This document shows, one piece after another, positions 1 to 9,716 of a stretch of DNA of 64,000 nt. The notes under the pieces are model-generated. The model was not told the DNA's origin. It ran no database searches and was given only the letters and a program-made list of their open reading frames with translations. The stretch's first letter is position 1. Each line of letters starts with the position of its first letter. Position numbers and translations under genes: made by a program. The stretch spans positions 160,001 through 224,000 of the forward strand of contig JBESAV010000001.1 of the NCBI GenBank assembly GCA_041242255.1, in the 5' to 3' direction. This DNA is from Candidatus Altimarinota bacterium. GTDB lineage: Bacteria; Patescibacteriota; Gracilibacteria; UBA1369; GCA-2718715.

Positions 1-2425
1 CAGATTCGAGAACCACAAAACCAGGTACATCATTAAGCTCTGATTCCATAGCTGAAATATCTGTCCCAACTCCTAAAGCAGAAGAGAAACTACTTGGAAC
101 AATATTTTGATCCAAAATGAAGTCAACTCCATACATTACAATAACAGGCGCTTTCCCCTCATCAGATACTTGATCATTCAGTAAACTCTGTATCTCACTC
201 AACCTCACATATCCACCAGGTCCTTCTTTAGTTGATCTAGCACCAATAAACACCACATGACGCTCACCAGATTTACTTACCCTATTACATCCTTTCAATA
301 AACCAATCATCTCAGAACGTTCGACCTTACTAAATTCCAAATTCCCACAGTTACCAGGCTTAGGATTCATCTGTATAATATTCCTCAAAACTCTGTAGAC
401 TCTTTCTTTTACTTGAATACCTTGGTTTGCACCCTGAGTATCTTTCGACCCACTACTAAACGTAGTAGAACCGAACGATCTATCCACTAAACCACCTTGA
501 ATATTTAACTCAAATATATTCTGTGAATCATTAGAGAGTTCTGGCCCAAACCTCCTTACAGTAGCACCAGTCGGCAACCTGTATGAAACACTAGAAGTAA
601 TAGCTAGATCCAAAATAGGTTTCAAAGGCTCCATCTCATTTATAGTTACACCATCAGCTAGATCAACCGTTAACCAGAACCCTGTAGACTCATAGCCGTT
701 TTGACTAGCCAAAAGTTGATTCTGGAAAGGACGGCTACCTTCCTGATCAATTGTTGCCGTAATCGAATCAAACTTAGAATCATACAAAGAATTCACACTC
801 GGCTGTCCAACAATACCTACACTCAGATTTCCAATTCCACCACCTCCATAAAACTCTCCACATATACTTGCTGGCATAGGACTATCAAACTCAAGCACAA
901 GATCACCATCTCTACAGGTTTGCCTTGTAACATTCTCACCACCCAAAATACTCAAGTCATAAGGTGGCTGAAAAGTTAATGCACCATTAACAGTTGGATC
1001 ATTGTCTTCTTTATATAATCCAGAAATATCGTTATACATAAACACCTGAACCAGATCAAACTGACCTTGCTCCACAGGTATTCTAGAAGAAATAGTCACA
1101 ATCGACTCAAAAACATTCTTAGTAGAATTATATGTAAACCTATTGGCTGACCTCCCCATTACTGTCTTACTTGGAGAGGCATCCCAACCTAATTGATTCA
1201 TCTGAACATCGTCTTCAACTGCAAACTGAGTAGAACCATCTCCACATCCATAAAATGGTATACGTCCAGTAGACGAACTAGTTACATTCACAGGAAAATT
1301 TCCAGTCGTATCAACCTTACGTCTATCCCTGTATGCCAAGCAGAAAGAATTTTGCAAATTAGTATCAGCAAATTCATCAGTCACATTCGTAGAACCATCG
1401 TAGAAACTAACCTCTATCTTATAACCATTTTCACCATTAGCCAAAACGTCTCCAGGATTAGCTTTCACATAATTCACTCTCGCATCATAAGTTGGGGTCA
1501 ACAAAGGCAAATCAACTTGAACTCCCGTAAAGTCCATATACCCTAAACTGTCAGACCAAGCGTATCCCGCAAGTACAGCCCTACTAGTAGTAGCATCAAA
1601 ACTATCAATATAAACTCCATAGTCAGCCCCACCATTTGCAGCACAATTCGCTACATCAAAACTATTTAGATTTGTATCAGCAGCACAATTAAGCTTCAAC
1701 CATCCAGTCGCATCATTCCACCAAAATCCAAACAACTCTCCTTCACCTTGGTATCCTGCCCCTACTTTAACTAAACTATCAAATTCAACTGAACCTACAC
1801 TCAACCCCCTATTCACAGGACCTGAACCTAGATCTTCAGCCATAGTTGCAAACCAACCAATATTTGTATTCCATCCCCATCCATCCACACTAAAATGAAG
1901 CTCTCCAGCAGGAACATTCGACAAATACCTGTCTAAACAAACCCTATAATCTCCATCTGGGGCAACATTATCAAAGTCAATCACACCAATCCCCTTCACT
2001 GGATTATCATTTGTAATCCCATAAAAATCTTTACAATACACTGGTGTAAAAATAGAAGTAAACCAAGAAGGATTAATTGGTGTTATCCCAACAGCAGTAT
2101 AAGCCCCCGTAAAAGTTCCTATAAATGAATTAGCAGGTGGGTTATTTAAAACCACGGAACTATTATCATTAACAACAGTTATGTTACCAGCATCTACATT
2201 TAAAGATGCAGCTGGAACCTCAGCATCACATCCAGCTGCACTGGTATAAGAGTAATCGGTAGGAGGACCAGCATTAAATCCTCCAGGACCAGCCTCCAAA
2301 ACATAACAACCATCCTTAGTAACCGCAAAGTCAGCACTAGCACCCTCCATATCAACACCTGCAACTAAACCAAACAACATTACGAAAGCTAGACAACCCC
2401 ATTTAAAGAAAGACAATTTATACAT
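1..2425 (-). CDS. Large secreted/surface protein, partial (runs off the left edge; absent from the ORF track)
   Basis: ATG at 2425 gives MYKLSFFKWGCLAFVMLFGLVAGVDMEGASADF (signal peptide-like). The frame contains repeated motifs GWGWNTNIGWF, GFWWNDATGWL and GYAWSDSLGYM. Codon bias matches other minus-strand genes. Confidence 0.85.
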   Translation of the reverse strand, partial: MYKLSFFKWGCLAFVMLFGLVAGVDMEGASADFAVTKDGCYVLEAGPGGFNAGPPTDYSYTSAAGCDAEVPAASLNVDAGNITVVNDNSSVVLNNPPANSFIGTFTGAYTAVGITPINPSWFTSIFTPVYCKDFYGITNDNPVKGIGVIDFDNVAPDGDYRVCLDRYLSNVPAGELHFSVDGWGWNTNIGWFATMAEDLGSGPVNRGLSVGSVEFDSLVKVGAGYQGEGELFGFWWNDATGWLKLNCAADTNLNSFDVANCAANGGADYGVYIDSFDATTSRAVLAGYAWSDSLGYMDFTGVQVDLPLLTPTYDARVNYVKANPGDVLANGENGYKIEVSFYDGSTNVTDEFADTNLQNSFCLAYRDRRKVDTTGNFPVNVTSSSTGRIPFYGCGDGSTQFAVEDDVQMNQLGWDASPSKTVMGRSANRFTYNSTKNVFESIVTISSRIPVEQGQFDLVQVFMYNDISGLYKEDNDPTVNGALTFQPPYDLSILGGENVTRQTCRDGDLVLEFDSPMPASICGEFYGGGGIGNLSVGIVGQPSVNSLYDSKFDSITATIDQEGSRPFQNQLLASQNGYESTGFWLTVDLADGVTINEMEPLKPILDLAITSSVSYRLPTGATVRRFGPELSNDSQNIFELNIQGGLVDRSFGSTTFSSGSKDTQGANQGIQVKERVYRVLRNIIQMNPKPGNCGNLEFSKVERSEMIGLLKGCNRVSKSGERHVVFIGARSTKEGPGGYVRLSEIQSLLNDQVSDEGKAPVIVMYGVDFILDQNIVPSSFSSALGVGTDISAMESELNDVPGFVVLES

Positions 2426-2658
2426 TTTTTCCTACAATTTTTATTTTTTATCTCAACATTATAACACAAATTCCTCAAAAATTAAACACTCTAACTCCCG
2501 CAAACAAAAGTACACTACCCCCCTTTAAATAAACCTAAATGGCACAAACTATCCAAACACAAAAAAGTATAACCAACTGTCAATATAGACATACACAACT
2601 TTACATGTCTAAAAACCCACAACTGGGAGCATTAAAAGCACTATCAACAAAAATCACC

Positions 2659-2686
2659 TTGATCTCCAAAACACCAATCCTATAAT
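2659..2686 (+). promoter_or_regulatory. Sigma70-type promoter of HU gene
   Basis: TTGATC-16 bp-TATAAT about 30 bp upstream of ATG 2718. Confidence 0.55.
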
Positions 2687-2717
2687 TACCTCGTGTTAAC
2701 CTTTAACAGAAACACTA

Positions 2718-2993
2718 ATGACTAAACAAGATCTAGTAAACGCTGCAGCTGATAAAGCTGGTGTTACTAAAAAAGACGCTCAAGCTGTACTTGACGCTCT
2801 TATCGAAGCTATCACTGGAGCTCTTCAAAAGGGTGACAGCGTAACTATCACTGGTTTCGGAACTTTCAGAGTATCTCACAGAGCTGCTAGAACTGGAGTA
2901 AATCCAAGAAACCCTGAAGAAAAAATCCAAATCCCAGCTATGAAGCTTCCAGCTTTCAAAGCAGGTAAAACTTTCAAAGACGCTCTAAGATAA
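2718..2993 (+). CDS. hup: HU family DNA-binding protein
   Basis: MTKQDLV...GFGTF...RAARTGVNP...PAFKAGK signature. Confidence 0.97.
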   Translation: MTKQDLVNAAADKAGVTKKDAQAVLDALIEAITGALQKGDSVTITGFGTFRVSHRAARTGVNPRNPEEKIQIPAMKLPAFKAGKTFKDALR

Positions 2994-3022
2994 TCTATCT
3001 TTAAGAATTTTTGAAACAACAT

Positions 3023-3048
3023 AACCTCCTCTCAAAGGAGGTTTTTTT
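3023..3048 (+). terminator. Rho-independent terminator
   Basis: AACCTCCT-ctcaa-AGGAGGTT followed by a T-tract. Confidence 0.85.
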
Positions 3049-3126
3049 ATAAATAGATATCCTAAATAAATTTTACAAAAACCAGCAAAAACATTAATCT
3101 AACTCCACAATTATTAGATACAACCA

Positions 3127-4173
3127 ATGCAATCAAAACTAGAGCAACTCCAAACAAATGCATTACAAGAAATAGAACAAACCTTCGAACTGGAAGAACT
3201 AATCCAATTAGAAAAGAAATACTTAGGTAAAAAGGGTGAACTAACTGAAATCCTTAAAGGTGTAAAAGATTTACCAAACGACCAAAAACCAATTATCGGA
3301 AAGCTTTCCAACCAAATCAAAACTCACCTCGAAGAAAAATTCCAACTCCGCCAAGAATCAATCAAACACGTTAAACTACAAGAAGAACTTCAAAGCGAAA
3401 AAGTAGACGTAACTCTACCTGGAAAGAAAAGAAAGCTTGGACACATACACCCCCTCTCTCAACTCCAAGCTGAAGTTGAAGAAATCTTCCAGCAAATGGG
3501 ATTTTCTATCCACGATGGACCACATATAGAAAGTGAATTTTACAATTTTGAAGCTCTCAACATACCTGACACTCATCCAGCCAGAGACATGCAAGACACC
3601 TTTTTCATAGATAAAGATACTGGTGAAGATAACAACAGACTGGTTCTCAGAACTCATACCTCAGGAGTACAAGTAAGATCTCTATTAAAACATGGCGCAC
3701 CACTCAAAATAATCGTACCAGGAAGAGTATTCCGATACGAAGCAACTGACGCTACTCATGACAGCACCTTTGATCAAGTAGAGGGATTAGTAATAGACAA
3801 AGACATCAACTTATCTCATCTCAAAGGCTACATGGAAGAATTCCTTACAAGACTATTCGGTAAAAAAGCAGACGTAAGGTTCCGTCCAGGATATTTTCCA
3901 TTTGTTGAACCAGGATTAGAGCTAGATTTTTCTTGTCCATTCTGCCCAGAAGATGGATCTCGATGTAAGGTTTGTAAAGATTCTGGATACATTGAATTTA
4001 TGGGATGCGGAATGGTTCATCCGAACGTCCTCAAAGCAGCCAACATCGACCCAGAAAAGTACCAAGGATTCGCCTTTGGATTTGGTCTTACTAGACTTCT
4101 TATGATGAAACACAAGATCACAGACATAAGACATATTCACTCTGGAGACCTAAGATTTTTACAACAATTCTAA
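3127..4173 (+). CDS. pheS: Phenylalanine-tRNA ligase alpha subunit
   Basis: HPARDMQDTF, LRTHTS, YFPFVEP, GCGMVHP, GFAFGFG motifs. Confidence 0.98.
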   Translation: MQSKLEQLQTNALQEIEQTFELEELIQLEKKYLGKKGELTEILKGVKDLPNDQKPIIGKLSNQIKTHLEEKFQLRQESIKHVKLQEELQSEKVDVTLPGKKRKLGHIHPLSQLQAEVEEIFQQMGFSIHDGPHIESEFYNFEALNIPDTHPARDMQDTFFIDKDTGEDNNRLVLRTHTSGVQVRSLLKHGAPLKIIVPGRVFRYEATDATHDSTFDQVEGLVIDKDINLSHLKGYMEEFLTRLFGKKADVRFRPGYFPFVEPGLELDFSCPFCPEDGSRCKVCKDSGYIEFMGCGMVHPNVLKAANIDPEKYQGFAFGFGLTRLLMMKHKITDIRHIHSGDLRFLQQF

Positions 4174-4194
4174 ACACCCTAACTCCCCTATCTA

Positions 4195-6633
4195 ATGCAT
4201 TTATCACTCAACTGGATTAAAAGATTTATCAAAGATGATTTAAAAGTTTCTGCAAACGAACTCCAAGAACTTGTTAGTACAAAAGTAGCAGAAATAGAAG
4301 GATACGAATCTCAAGCCGAGTTGCTTGAAAAAATAGTTGTAGGACAAATCACAGACATCCAAAAACACCCAAACGCCGACAAACTATCAGTTTGCCAAGT
4401 AAACGTAGGAAAAGAAACAGTTCAGATAGTATGCGGCGGAACCAACCTTAAAAAAGACATGCTAACCGCAGTTGCACTCCCAGGAAGCCAGGTCAGATGG
4501 CACGGCGAAGGTGACCTTATCACTCTAGAGGCTACGAAGCTAAGAGGAGAAAAAAGTCACGGTATGATTTGTACATCAGAAGAAATCGGTCTTGGAAAAC
4601 CTGAAGATGACAGCCACATCATGAACCTAAACCATCTATCAAAAGACACAAAACCAGGCCAACCTCTTTCCGAGGCTCTTCAAGCTAATGACGTGATTTT
4701 TGAAATTGATAATAAATCCATTACAAACAGACCAGATCTATGGGGACACATTGGCTTCGCCAGAGAAATAGCTGCCATAACTGACACTCAGTTCCAATAT
4801 CCAAAATTACCAGAGATCAAAACGGAAGACTCCCCAGCTCCATACACAATCAAAAATACTCATGAAGAAATCTGCAAAAGATTCTCAAGTCTTATAATTC
4901 AAGATATAAAAGTAGAAGAAAGCCCTGAACACATCAAACAAGATCTAGAAAAAGTAGGCCTTAAACCAATCAACAACATAGTTGATGCCCTCAACCATAC
5001 TATGCTTACAACTGGTCAACCAATGCACGCTTACGACTTTGATAAAATCAAAAAGATCGCAAACTCAGACAACCCAGAACTTTCAATCCAATACGCAAGC
5101 AAAGGTAAGTTCACCGGAATAGACGAACAAGAATACACCCTGACACCAGAAGCTCCAGTTCTTATGGTCAACCAAACCCCAGTTTGCATACTAGGAATTA
5201 TGGGAGGTCAAAACACTCAAGTTGATAAAAACACAACCACAATTCTTCTAGAATCAGCCACATTCACAGACTCTATCGTAAGAAAAGCCTCTCAAAAACT
5301 AGCTTTACGCTCAGATTCATCTCAAAGATTTGAAAAATCTCTCGACCCAAACCAAACACTTCCAGCTCTACAAATTGCAACTCAGATAATCCTTGAGCAA
5401 AACCAAAAAGCTAAACTTCCTTCTAAACTAGATGACCAATACTTCCAACCTCAAGCAGAAATAAGCGTTAAACTTGAGACAGAAAAGTTAAACTCCTACC
5501 TGGGTACCCAAATGACCACCCAGCAAATCAGTGGGATTTTACAAAAGTTAGAATTCAAAACAAAAGAAGGTGATAAAGAATTAGAAGTTACAATCCCTAG
5601 TTTTAGAGCAAGTAAAGATATATCTATTTACCAAGATCTTATTGAAGAGGTTGGTAGAATTTACGGCTACGACAAAATCAAAACAACATTACCAGAAATG
5701 TCATCTACTCCCCCAGTACCAAATCAGCTAAGAGAGCAAGAAAATAAAGTCCGCCAACTCCTAATGGCCCAAGGTCTAACCGAAACCAAAAATTATAGTT
5801 TTTATTCTGCAGACGATATCTCAAAATCTCTACTTTCCGATGAACACGTAAAAGTTAAGAACTACCTATCAGAAGAACAAACTCACATGAGAACCCATTT
5901 CCTTCCTTCACTCCTAAAAAACATTCACCAAAACTACAAAAACAACCCTTCCATTTCCCTCTACGAAATAGGAAGAACATATCACCCAACTCAAGAATTC
6001 TTCCCTGCTGAAGAAGAAAAATTAGCTCTTATTCACGCGGATTCAACTGAAAGCATTGATCATGAAACTTTCTTCGAAGTAAAAGGTTGGCTGGAAAACG
6101 TTTTCCAAGAGCTAAATCTTCCTGAAATTATTTTCCAAACAACTAAAGATCCAGCAGACTACGAACATCCTAATATCACTGCTGAGATAAAAACAACTGA
6201 CGGACAAATACTCGGAAACATCTTCAGAGTTCACCCATTAGTTATCCAAAACTATGGGATAAAAAATACTAAAGCAACCTATGCAGAAGTAAACCTTGGA
6301 CTTTTATTACATCTATCCGAAAGGACAACTCTCTTCCAAGAACTTCCAAAATTCCCAGACATGGAATTTGATGTATCAGTAATCGTTGATGACGAAACAA
6401 CCCACCAGCTACTCCTAGAAACTCTTCAAAAGAGTCACAAACTTGTATATCGCGTAGAACTATTCGACATCTTTGAAGATGAACAAAAGATCGGAAAAGG
6501 TAAAAAAGCCTGTGCCTACAGATTGACCCTTAGAAGCTTAGAAAGAACTCTGACCGACGAAGATCTATCTAACGCTCAAAAAGCTTGCTACGACGCACTT
6601 CAGAAGATTGGAGGTATAGTTAGAGGTAGCTAA
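4195..6633 (+). CDS. pheT: Phenylalanine-tRNA ligase beta subunit
   Basis: HPNADKL, NRPDL, DLIEEVGRIYGY, C-terminal anticodon-binding domain; follows pheS. Confidence 0.97.
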   Translation: MHLSLNWIKRFIKDDLKVSANELQELVSTKVAEIEGYESQAELLEKIVVGQITDIQKHPNADKLSVCQVNVGKETVQIVCGGTNLKKDMLTAVALPGSQVRWHGEGDLITLEATKLRGEKSHGMICTSEEIGLGKPEDDSHIMNLNHLSKDTKPGQPLSEALQANDVIFEIDNKSITNRPDLWGHIGFAREIAAITDTQFQYPKLPEIKTEDSPAPYTIKNTHEEICKRFSSLIIQDIKVEESPEHIKQDLEKVGLKPINNIVDALNHTMLTTGQPMHAYDFDKIKKIANSDNPELSIQYASKGKFTGIDEQEYTLTPEAPVLMVNQTPVCILGIMGGQNTQVDKNTTTILLESATFTDSIVRKASQKLALRSDSSQRFEKSLDPNQTLPALQIATQIILEQNQKAKLPSKLDDQYFQPQAEISVKLETEKLNSYLGTQMTTQQISGILQKLEFKTKEGDKELEVTIPSFRASKDISIYQDLIEEVGRIYGYDKIKTTLPEMSSTPPVPNQLREQENKVRQLLMAQGLTETKNYSFYSADDISKSLLSDEHVKVKNYLSEEQTHMRTHFLPSLLKNIHQNYKNNPSISLYEIGRTYHPTQEFFPAEEEKLALIHADSTESIDHETFFEVKGWLENVFQELNLPEIIFQTTKDPADYEHPNITAEIKTTDGQILGNIFRVHPLVIQNYGIKNTKATYAEVNLGLLLHLSERTTLFQELPKFPDMEFDVSVIVDDETTHQLLLETLQKSHKLVYRVELFDIFEDEQKIGKGKKACAYRLTLRSLERTLTDEDLSNAQKACYDALQKIGGIVRGS

Positions 6634-6634
6634 A

Positions 6635-7003
6635 CTATAATCCTTTCAAACTTTTCTTAACCGCACTCAAACCAAGCAAAGCACACTTCAAACGTGTAGG
6701 ACCAACATCAACCCCAATCATATCCACCACATCATCAGAAGATATTCCCAAAATATCTTCTTTTTTCATACCAATAACCTCCTCACTCAAAATAGACATA
6801 GAAGCCTGACTAATAGCACACCCCTTCCCTTCAAAACCAATCTCACTCAATACTTCCCTATCCATTTTCAACCATACAGAAATCACATCTCCACAAGAAA
6901 CATTTTTCAATTCACAACTACAATCAAACACGTCTAAAGCTCCATAATTCTCAGGATTCTTAAAATGCTCCATAATATTCTGCATATATATTTGTCGAGA
7001 CAT
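6635..7003 (-). CDS. sufU: SufU/IscU (NifU-N) family Fe-S scaffold / sulfur-transfer protein
   Basis: NVSCGD, GCAISQAS, RLKCALL: three conserved Cys. Confidence 0.92.
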   Translation of the reverse strand: MSRQIYMQNIMEHFKNPENYGALDVFDCSCELKNVSCGDVISVWLKMDREVLSEIGFEGKGCAISQASMSILSEEVIGMKKEDILGISSDDVVDMIGVDVGPTRLKCALLGLSAVKKSLKGL

Positions 7004-7006
7004 AAC

Positions 7007-7681
7007 TTATCTAATTAAAGTTATTGTTTGTTTCATTTCATACGTCGTACTCAATTCCCCACTTGGACTTTCAAACCTACATTTATAACCATCTAAATCC
7101 TCAATTTCCCATCCATGTACTATATCAAATAAGAACTCATCTTCAAACGCTCCAACACTAAACTTCACACCAATTAAATTCGAAACCTTATCATATTCAG
7201 CAGCGATACATTCTACTGATTCACCAGGATTATTAAGATAATAATCCTCAATCCAATCATAAGTATAAAGATCTGATATACTACAGTATGCTTCTTTAAT
7301 TCTAACAATATCATCACCAGATTCAATCCTCAAAAAATTCCTTTTAGCGTTACATAAAAATTCTCCTTCTTGATCAAATTGTATACTTGGACTAATAGTA
7401 ACTTCTGTTTCACCTTCCAGATAAATAGGCTCAAAGCCCCTATGCACAAGTATACCTACTGACTCATCAACTTTCATTATACAATCAATATCATCACTTG
7501 TTTTAGCTTTCACATCATTTATATCCCAACTCTCAACAACTTCCGTTTCTGTATCCTCAATCTCAACATTTTCTATATCATCTACACACCCCGAAATCAA
7601 CAAACCAGTCATCCCCAAACCTATCAATCTTTTATCCATATCTAATATTTTATTTCCCTCACTATACCTCATATTTGACAA
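7007..7681 (-). CDS. Hypothetical lipoprotein (start probably at an internal Met)
   Basis: MDKRLIGLGMTGLLISGC lipobox; acidic body. Confidence 0.7.
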   Translation of the reverse strand: MSNMRYSEGNKILDMDKRLIGLGMTGLLISGCVDDIENVEIEDTETEVVESWDINDVKAKTSDDIDCIMKVDESVGILVHRGFEPIYLEGETEVTISPSIQFDQEGEFLCNAKRNFLRIESGDDIVRIKEAYCSISDLYTYDWIEDYYLNNPGESVECIAAEYDKVSNLIGVKFSVGAFEDEFLFDIVHGWEIEDLDGYKCRFESPSGELSTTYEMKQTITLIR

Positions 7682-7703
7682 AACTAAAGCCTAAGTGCAT
7701 AAT
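7675..7703 (+). promoter_or_regulatory. Sigma70-type promoter
   Basis: TTGACA-17 bp-CATAAT upstream of 7727. Confidence 0.6.
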
Positions 7704-7726
7704 CACATACAAATTAACTTTATGAT

Positions 7727-7912
7727 ATGAAAAAACCACAAGGAACAAACGGTACACTTAAACCTAAAAAACTCGAAAATGACCTGTACAAAGAGCTTAG
7801 AGAAAGACAAATCCAAGCTGCTTTAAGAAAAAAAGAAGGCGGAAAAAAAATATTAGGAAAAACTAGAAAATCATTTGCAGAAACAATAAAAAGAGTATCA
7901 GAAGAAGAATAA
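7727..7912 (+). CDS. Small basic hypothetical protein (61 aa)
   Basis: Fills the gap between two minus-strand genes; own promoter; Lys/Arg-rich. Confidence 0.6.
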   Translation: MKKPQGTNGTLKPKKLENDLYKELRERQIQAALRKKEGGKKILGKTRKSFAETIKRVSEEE

Positions 7913-7913
7913 T

Positions 7914-8501
7914 TCAACCTTCAAAATAAAAAAATCTATCAAAAGCTCCTTGATCCCCACTTAGATCTAGGAGTTTTAAATTTACAGATATCCCGCTTAC
8001 ATCCTTACCCTCATCAATCATAACTGCCAAAGCAGAAGCTCTATGATGACCATCTATTAAACAATATTTAACACCATCATACACAGCAATCAAACAAGTT
8101 TCATCTTCGAAATGATTTACAAATTCTTTCACTCTTTGATTTTCACGAATCGTTGCTTTCTCCTCAATACCTCGTGAGTTATCTAAGTTTCCCAAAAAAG
8201 TAGCATTATCTCTATCATTTTCGTAATAATCTCTCCATCCATTATAAGGTCCAATATATAAATTTTTTATAAATTCAACCAAATCATTAACTTCAACCTC
8301 AAACCAATTATCCAATCCCAACAAACCAAAATTCTCTAAGTAAGACTCCCTCCATTCTAGAACTGAATTGTATCCTCTATTTTTAGCAAATTCACCCCAA
8401 ATAGCATCCTCTCTTTCCATCCAATCAGACATAACCTCATCATATGAAATTTTTCTACCAATAGTTACTAAACCATTACCCATACTTTCTAAATTCTTCA
8501 T
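7914..8501 (-). CDS. ParB/sulfiredoxin-fold-like protein
   Basis: YCLIDGHHRASALA motif; no HTH tail. Confidence 0.6.
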   Translation of the reverse strand: MKNLESMGNGLVTIGRKISYDEVMSDWMEREDAIWGEFAKNRGYNSVLEWRESYLENFGLLGLDNWFEVEVNDLVEFIKNLYIGPYNGWRDYYENDRDNATFLGNLDNSRGIEEKATIRENQRVKEFVNHFEDETCLIAVYDGVKYCLIDGHHRASALAVMIDEGKDVSGISVNLKLLDLSGDQGAFDRFFYFEG

Positions 8502-8506
8502 ATTAT

Positions 8507-9715
8507 TTAGTTAAAAACTTTCACAACCTCCCTCAAACCCTCAATCAACTTATCTATATCTTCCATAGTATTATAAATCCCTATAGAGGCTCTTACCGAA
8601 GCCATAACACCTAACTTCTCATGTAACGGGTGAGCACAATGTTGACCTGCTCTCACAGCAATCCCCTTCTCTCCTAAAATATGTGCTACATCATGTGCGT
8701 GAACTCCTTTCACATTGAATGATACTAATCCAGATCTCACCCCAGACTTTTGTGGACCGATCAAATCAACAAATTCCAATTTCAAAAGCTCCTCTTCGAG
8801 ATATTTCACTAGTTCAATTTCAAATCCTCTATCAATAGACATCAAAAACTTACAAGCTTCTCCCAAACCAACAGAACTCTCAATTGCCGGAGTTCCTGCT
8901 TCAAATCTTTCATAATTAGATTTAAAAGTAACTTTATCCAAACTCACATTTTCAATCATATCTCCTCCACTCATAAAGGCAGGAAACTTTCCAATATCTT
9001 CCATTAATTCTTTTTTGGCGAACATTACGCCAATTCCAGATGGACCATAAAGTTTATGCCCTGAAAAAACTAAGAAATCACAACCAAGCTCTTTCACATC
9101 AATCTGTTCATGCACAACCAACTGACATGAATCTACCAAAAGTTTACAACCAACTTCCTGACATTTCCGACTAATCATTTCTATATCTAATCTTTGCCCC
9201 AAAACATTGGAGACTCCAAACAAAGACATAATCTTCACATCATCGCCCCGACTATTCAAAGTATCAACTATCTCTTCTTCATCTACAAAACCATCACTAT
9301 CTAAACCAATCCAAATAATCTCAAATCCAACTGTCTTCTGCAATTCAATCCAAGGAACCATATTCCCATGATGTTCAGCAACACTCAAGACAACCACATC
9401 ACCTTTTGAAAGATTTCTCCACCCCCAGCTCCAGGCAATAAGATTTATACCCTCAGTAGCATTCCTAACAAACACAACCTCATCATGATCAGCACCAATA
9501 AATTTAGCTACTTCTTTCCTTGCATTTTCATAAGCTAAAGTAGACTTTTCAGCTAACTCATAAAGTCCTCTATGCACATTTGCATATGAATCAATTGAAA
9601 AATCTCTTACTTTATCAACCACAACACCAAGCTTTTGAGCTGAAGCTGCAGTGTCTAAATAAACCAACTCAGGTCGTTTTCTAAAAACTGGAAAATCAGA
9701 TTTATATTTAGACAT
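8507..9715 (-). CDS. sufS: Cysteine desulfurase
   Basis: YLDTAASAQK, SGHKLYGP (PLP Lys), RAGQHCA (catalytic Cys). Confidence 0.96.
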   Translation of the reverse strand: MSKYKSDFPVFRKRPELVYLDTAASAQKLGVVVDKVRDFSIDSYANVHRGLYELAEKSTLAYENARKEVAKFIGADHDEVVFVRNATEGINLIAWSWGWRNLSKGDVVVLSVAEHHGNMVPWIELQKTVGFEIIWIGLDSDGFVDEEEIVDTLNSRGDDVKIMSLFGVSNVLGQRLDIEMISRKCQEVGCKLLVDSCQLVVHEQIDVKELGCDFLVFSGHKLYGPSGIGVMFAKKELMEDIGKFPAFMSGGDMIENVSLDKVTFKSNYERFEAGTPAIESSVGLGEACKFLMSIDRGFEIELVKYLEEELLKLEFVDLIGPQKSGVRSGLVSFNVKGVHAHDVAHILGEKGIAVRAGQHCAHPLHEKLGVMASVRASIGIYNTMEDIDKLIEGLREVVKVFN

Positions 9716-9716
9716 A

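Noticed and set aside
701-1546. Plus-strand ORFs 701-979 and 1193-1546
   Set aside because: Shadow ORFs antisense to the long minus-strand gene ending beyond the window edge.
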